Shown here piece by piece: positions 59,840-64,000 of a stretch of DNA of 64,000 bases (within the stretch, counting starts at the first letter, position 1; the number at the start of each line of letters is the position of its first letter). The position numbers were made by a program, and so were the translations under genes. Location of the stretch: contig NC_134025.1 in the NCBI RefSeq assembly GCF_964204645.1, forward strand, positions 17,893,101 to 17,957,100, in the 5' to 3' direction. The notes below the pieces were generated by a model. That model was not told where the DNA came from and did not search any database. It worked only from the letters and a program-made list of their open reading frames with translations. The DNA is from Tubulanus polymorphus (lineage: Eukaryota > Animalia > Nemertea).

Positions 59840-62800
59840 TAAAACAAACGCAATTCTTTTGGCTTTCGGACTCGTGTCCTTCATCAGAATTTATTTGCTT
59901 TGACTTATACATCACAGTTTGGTAACTAAGATACAATGATATTATTGCCACATATGGTACAGATGATACCGTTGCACCCTTATGGTTTTTGCATCCTTAA
60001 TTTCTTTATCCACAATTTTTCTATGGTCTTTCTATAGAAATCATTTTCATTAAGTTTTCCAATGCTCATGATTGATAGATTGGATTGAGAATGATTTAGA
60101 GTGTTGACATGTTTTGAGATTAGATCATCGGTTGTGCGGCGTATTAGGGACAAATTGAGTAAATGTCGTTGGTAAAGTGAATCCCCCGTCTCCCCCACAT
60201 TAATAAATTTGCTACATTTATTACAAAAAAAATGCATATACTACATTCTGTGACTTACAGTTGATAAAGTTACGACATAATACGAGGAACCTTCAAAATT
60301 GATATATCTATATTATCTATTTTGTTTTTTTTTAAACATATGGTTGTGTTTCTTGTGTACTAGAATATCACTTAATGAAGTATCTATTCGGTTTGCTACG
60401 GGTGGTTCTTTGAACATTTTGTTGAGCCTTTCAGACTTTTCTAGGGTTTTATATCCTTTCTTCAGAATTTTGTGTAACTCAGGTAAAGCCTTTGAATATG
60501 TCAGAGTTTGGGGTACTCGAGTTGTATTTTTTCTACGCTTTTATAATTCAATTAACTATTACGATGAATAATCTCTGCCTTATTTATTTGCTTTCTATTA
60601 TGTTCCTGGGGTACCCCCTTGAGGTTAGCTAGTCGGCTCTTTTTTTCTGTGTTGTTTTCCGAACAGATACACGTCTTAAACGGATTCCTAGACCATATGG
60701 TATGGCTTTCTTGGTAGTTTCTGGGTGACATGAGGAATAGTCCAAATGAAGATTTTTATCAGTTTTTTTGCAATATAAATCCGTATTTAGTGTATCATCT
60801 TTAATGTATACCAATAGGTCCATGCGTTCTATTTCTGTTTCTGAATGTCTCAAATCTACTTGTATGTGTTTGTTAATTGTATATGCTAATTTTTGGAAAT
60901 TTTAGAGTTCTTCTAGCTAGCCTACCCATATTCCCCAGATATCGTCCACATAGCGTTCGCAGGCTAGTGGTTTCTTTGGTGACTTTTCTTGAAGTTCTTT
61001 CAACCCATTCCCCTAAATATGTACATGCATAATTCATACCTAGTTGGGACCCTATAGCCGTTTCCTCTTGCTGTATATAATGTTTGTTCATAAAAGAAAA
61101 ATTATTGTTTTCCAAAACCATATCCATTAGATCTAATCGCTTCAGTCGATACTAGATTTGTTCCATTACGGCTGTCTAGAGCCTTTTGTACAGCAATTCT
61201 GGCTTCCCTACGGGGGACATCGGGATAAAGACCCTTAATATCCATACAAGAGAGTATTGAGTTTTTAGGTAAAGGCCCTTCAAATTTAGATATTTTGTTG
61301 AGGAAGTGTGTGGTGTCCCTAAATTAACTATCTAGGCTCTGTACATGCTCTTTTAATTGTGACCCTACAAATTCGGCAATTTTCTCAGTTGGATGAGAGC
61401 GCCCATTAACAAATGTCCTTAAAGGGTTACCTGTTTCATGTATTTTGGGGTTGGCCTGTAATTTCCCGGGTGATGGATCCAGAGGCATTAAGTATTTTTT
61501 CAAATCCTTGGAAATAGCACCCTGTTTATATAGATTGTTGACTAATTTCTTAACTATGTTAGATATTTTTCCTGTTTGATCTGACGGAACTGATTTGTAT
61601 GATTTGTTTTGTGACATTTCATTTTCTACCTGTTCAATATATTTGGCTGTAACCATTATAACCATGCCCGAGCCCTTATCGGCTGGTCTTATTACTTTGT
61701 CTCCATCATTAAGGAGTTATATCATAGCCTATTCCTCAGATCTATTTTGGTTCTCGGGGAAGTAATGCGTTAAACCTTTTATGATTACCTCCTTTACTTC
61801 CTGTATATATAGGTCCATATAATTGTCTCTTCCTGTCGTAGGCATCCATGTACTTCGTTTCTTTTGAAGGAATTGTTCTTTTTCATAGATGGGCTGGTCA
61901 TCTGTTGAATCATCGTAAAATAATTCCTCGAGTCTCATCCGACGTTCCCATTCATGTAAATCAGTGATGACTTTGGCCATATCTAACTTTGAGCGCGAAG
62001 GCCAAGTTTGAGACCATTGCGTAAAAGGTTTTTTTGGGGTACCGTTAATATCTTACTGGATAGTTTACGACTTCCACAATTTTTTCTTTGATGTTTTCGG
62101 GTTCGGCACCTCTGTAATGTACTGATGGTTTATGGCCATTTTGTATTTCAAATATGGTTGTATCTTCTGCGACCTTTTCTTTATGTATCCTTGCAGTATT
62201 ATCGGCTAGTTTTTGAATTCTTGAATGAGTTTCGCGCAAGCATCTAAATGGTCGACTTGTGAGTTCACTTATATTGAAATGGTTATTTCTACGTATGATA
62301 CCAATGACCATTTTTTCGTGATTACATTCACCAGGGGGAAATTTCATCCATGTACCTGCACCGTTGATGTTGGTTTGCACGAATATGTCAATTGAATATA
62401 AATACGATGCGACTATGATATCCGCCTCTGCGGCCCATGAGTCAGTGTGACCATCTTCTCTTAGTACATTACGGGTGTGAATATCATAGTCCCCATCTAT
62501 GTATGGTTCGTATTCGACAATATTTGTTTGAAGCTCACATGCTATTTCTCATCTAACCCTTTTGTATAATTCCTCATCACCATAAATAGAGTGTGCAATA
62601 CACCTATAGAAACAATTTCCATTTTCATTTCTATATATCTGGATCAATGGTTCCACACTGGCTGTTGTTAACTAAGGTCCAGAATTTTTTCTGCTTGGTT
62701 TTTCGTAATTCATGTCAAGTTTTCTCACTCGGTAGTCGATATTGTCCAGTAATTCTTGTTTCGTGCTTAGTTGAGAATTTCTCTCTAATGATGTCATTAT

Positions 62801-63050
62801 TCTTTCGTCCTCCATATCTAGTTTCATTATTTTACCCTTACAAATCTCAATGGTTTTCTTTACTAATTTATGTGAAGCTGTGTTTAAGATTCCATTTACT
62901 GTCTCCAATTCCTCCGGCGTAGAATCAAAGGTTAAGTTCCATTTAATCAAAAACCTTTCGGTAGTAGTCCGGATCAAGTATAGTATATGGGATTGTAGTT
63001 CCTTCGGTGTATGATTATATAGAAACGGAAGTTGTGATTTGGCTTCTCAT
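59840..63050 (-). mobile_element. Penelope-like retroelement (RT + GIY-YIG), decayed
   Basis: Fragments RPADKGSGMV, ANPKIH..NPLR, NNFSF..HYIQ..AIGS, YVDD, TDLYCKKTD..LDYSSCHP, and GIY-YIG CNKC..VGETG...EKLWIKKL (59980-60237). Confidence 0.9.
59845..59902 (-). ncRNA. Minimal type I hammerhead ribozyme in the Penelope terminal repeat
   Basis: Minus strand CUGAUGA-A-GGAC-ACGA-GUCC-GAAA (59887-59864) with a plausible stem I; stem III looks degenerate. Confidence 0.65.
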
Positions 63051-63094
63051 ACGCAACGTAAAGATATCATACAGTGAGAAGTGCCGTCAATTGG

Positions 63095-63836
63095 ATGTAG
63101 GTTAGTTTTACTTGCCGACATTGCCGACATTGGGAAAGATATATCTATTGTAGGTTAGTTTTACTTGCCCACATCGCCGACATTGGGATCGACGGATCCC
63201 AGCCACTTTATATAACGGTAAATCACGCAAACATTTAGCCTCTCGATCCCAGCCACACTTTATATAAGGGTAATCCAGGCACACACCCAGCCCCTCGATC
63301 CCAGCCACTTTATATAAGGGTAATCCAGGCACACACCCAGCCCCTTGATCCCAGCCACTTTATATAAGGGTAATCCACGCACGCACCGAGGGCCCTCGAT
63401 CCCAGCCACATTATATAAGGGTAATCCCAAACACACCCAGTCCGTCGATCCCAATGTCGGTGATGTCGGCAATTTCGGCAAGTAAAGCTTACTTACATTA
63501 AAAATATCTTTTCCAATGTCGGCGATGTCGGCAAGTAAAACTAACCTACATTGAAAATATTTTTCCCAATATCGGCGATGTCGGCAAGTAAAACTAACCT
63601 ACATTAAAGTTATCTTTCCCAATGTCGGCTATGTTGGCGATGTCAGCGAGTTAAACTAACCTACATTGAAAATCTATTTCCCAATGTCCGCAATGTCGGC
63701 GATATCGGCAAGTAAAACTAACCTACATTAAAATTTCTATCCCAATGTCGGCAATGTCGGCGATGTCGGCAAGTAAAAGTAACCTGTATTGAAAATCTCT
63801 TTCCTAATGTCGGCAATGTCGGCAAGTAAACCTAAC
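63095..63836. repeat. Foldback-like repeat: inverted arrays of a ~52-61-bp unit around a ~51-bp minisatellite
   Basis: TAGGTTAGTTTTACTTGCCGACATTG x2 (63098-63190), GATCCCAGCCACTTTATATAAGGGTAATCC x5 (63195-63452), then about 7 reverse-complement units (63453-63836). Confidence 0.85.
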
Positions 63837-63958
63837 CGGTTCAACTCCAGAATGGGTCAAAATAGTTCTATCGTGCAGGGTATTCTCAAATGAGGGGAGT
63901 GGTTCGGTTTCAAATTGCCGCCAGAAACCTTTCTCGGGTCGGGAAACCTGATTGTCGA

Positions 63959-64000
63959 CGTATGTATATATTCGTATGTATATATTCGTATGTATATATT
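63959..64000. repeat. 14-bp tandem repeat CGTATGTATATATT
   Basis: Three copies up to the window edge. Confidence 0.8.

Noticed and set aside
63108-63481. ORFs of 73-74 aa with repeated LYKVAG motifs
   Set aside because: Translations of the minisatellite; no coding evidence.
63195-63836. CRISPR-like array of regularly spaced repeats
   Set aside because: The intervening sequences are themselves repeats rather than unique spacers, there are no cas genes, and the context is eukaryotic.

Overview
Eukaryotic, almost certainly invertebrate-animal, genomic DNA made almost entirely of nested mobile elements; no host gene is recognisable. The window holds four copies of an AT-rich, intronless Polinton/Maverick-type endogenous virus. 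Copy A1 is complete (4164-19047; AGT...ACT termini, ~500-bp TIRs, 6-bp TSD AATGTA) and sits in intron 1 of the THAP-DDE transposase of an ISL2EU/PIF-Harbinger-superfamily transposon (320-19537). A2 is left-truncated (42198-57862). Two fragments of a sister subfamily B are joined head-to-head (19785-23555 minus; 23551-37140 plus). Later insertions include a Helentron/HINE-like element, a CACTA/EnSpm element, a CR1-type LINE, non-autonomous TIR elements and a Penelope retroelement with a hammerhead ribozyme core. The most striking observation is a full-size LAGLIDADG intein (24302-25345, plus a second diverged C-terminal fragment at 23405-23555) inside the catalytic YFD|TD motif of the subfamily B protein-primed DNA polymerase, while the A copies carry the empty allele. 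The elements also show a poxvirus-late-promoter-like TAAATG at most gene starts, self-complementary ~320-bp termini, NCLDV-like HNH and penton genes, many membrane proteins and no adenain protease. Together these suggest a possibly giant-virus-associated animal polintovirus lineage, which is an inference. All protein assignments are from motif recognition by eye, without database searches.
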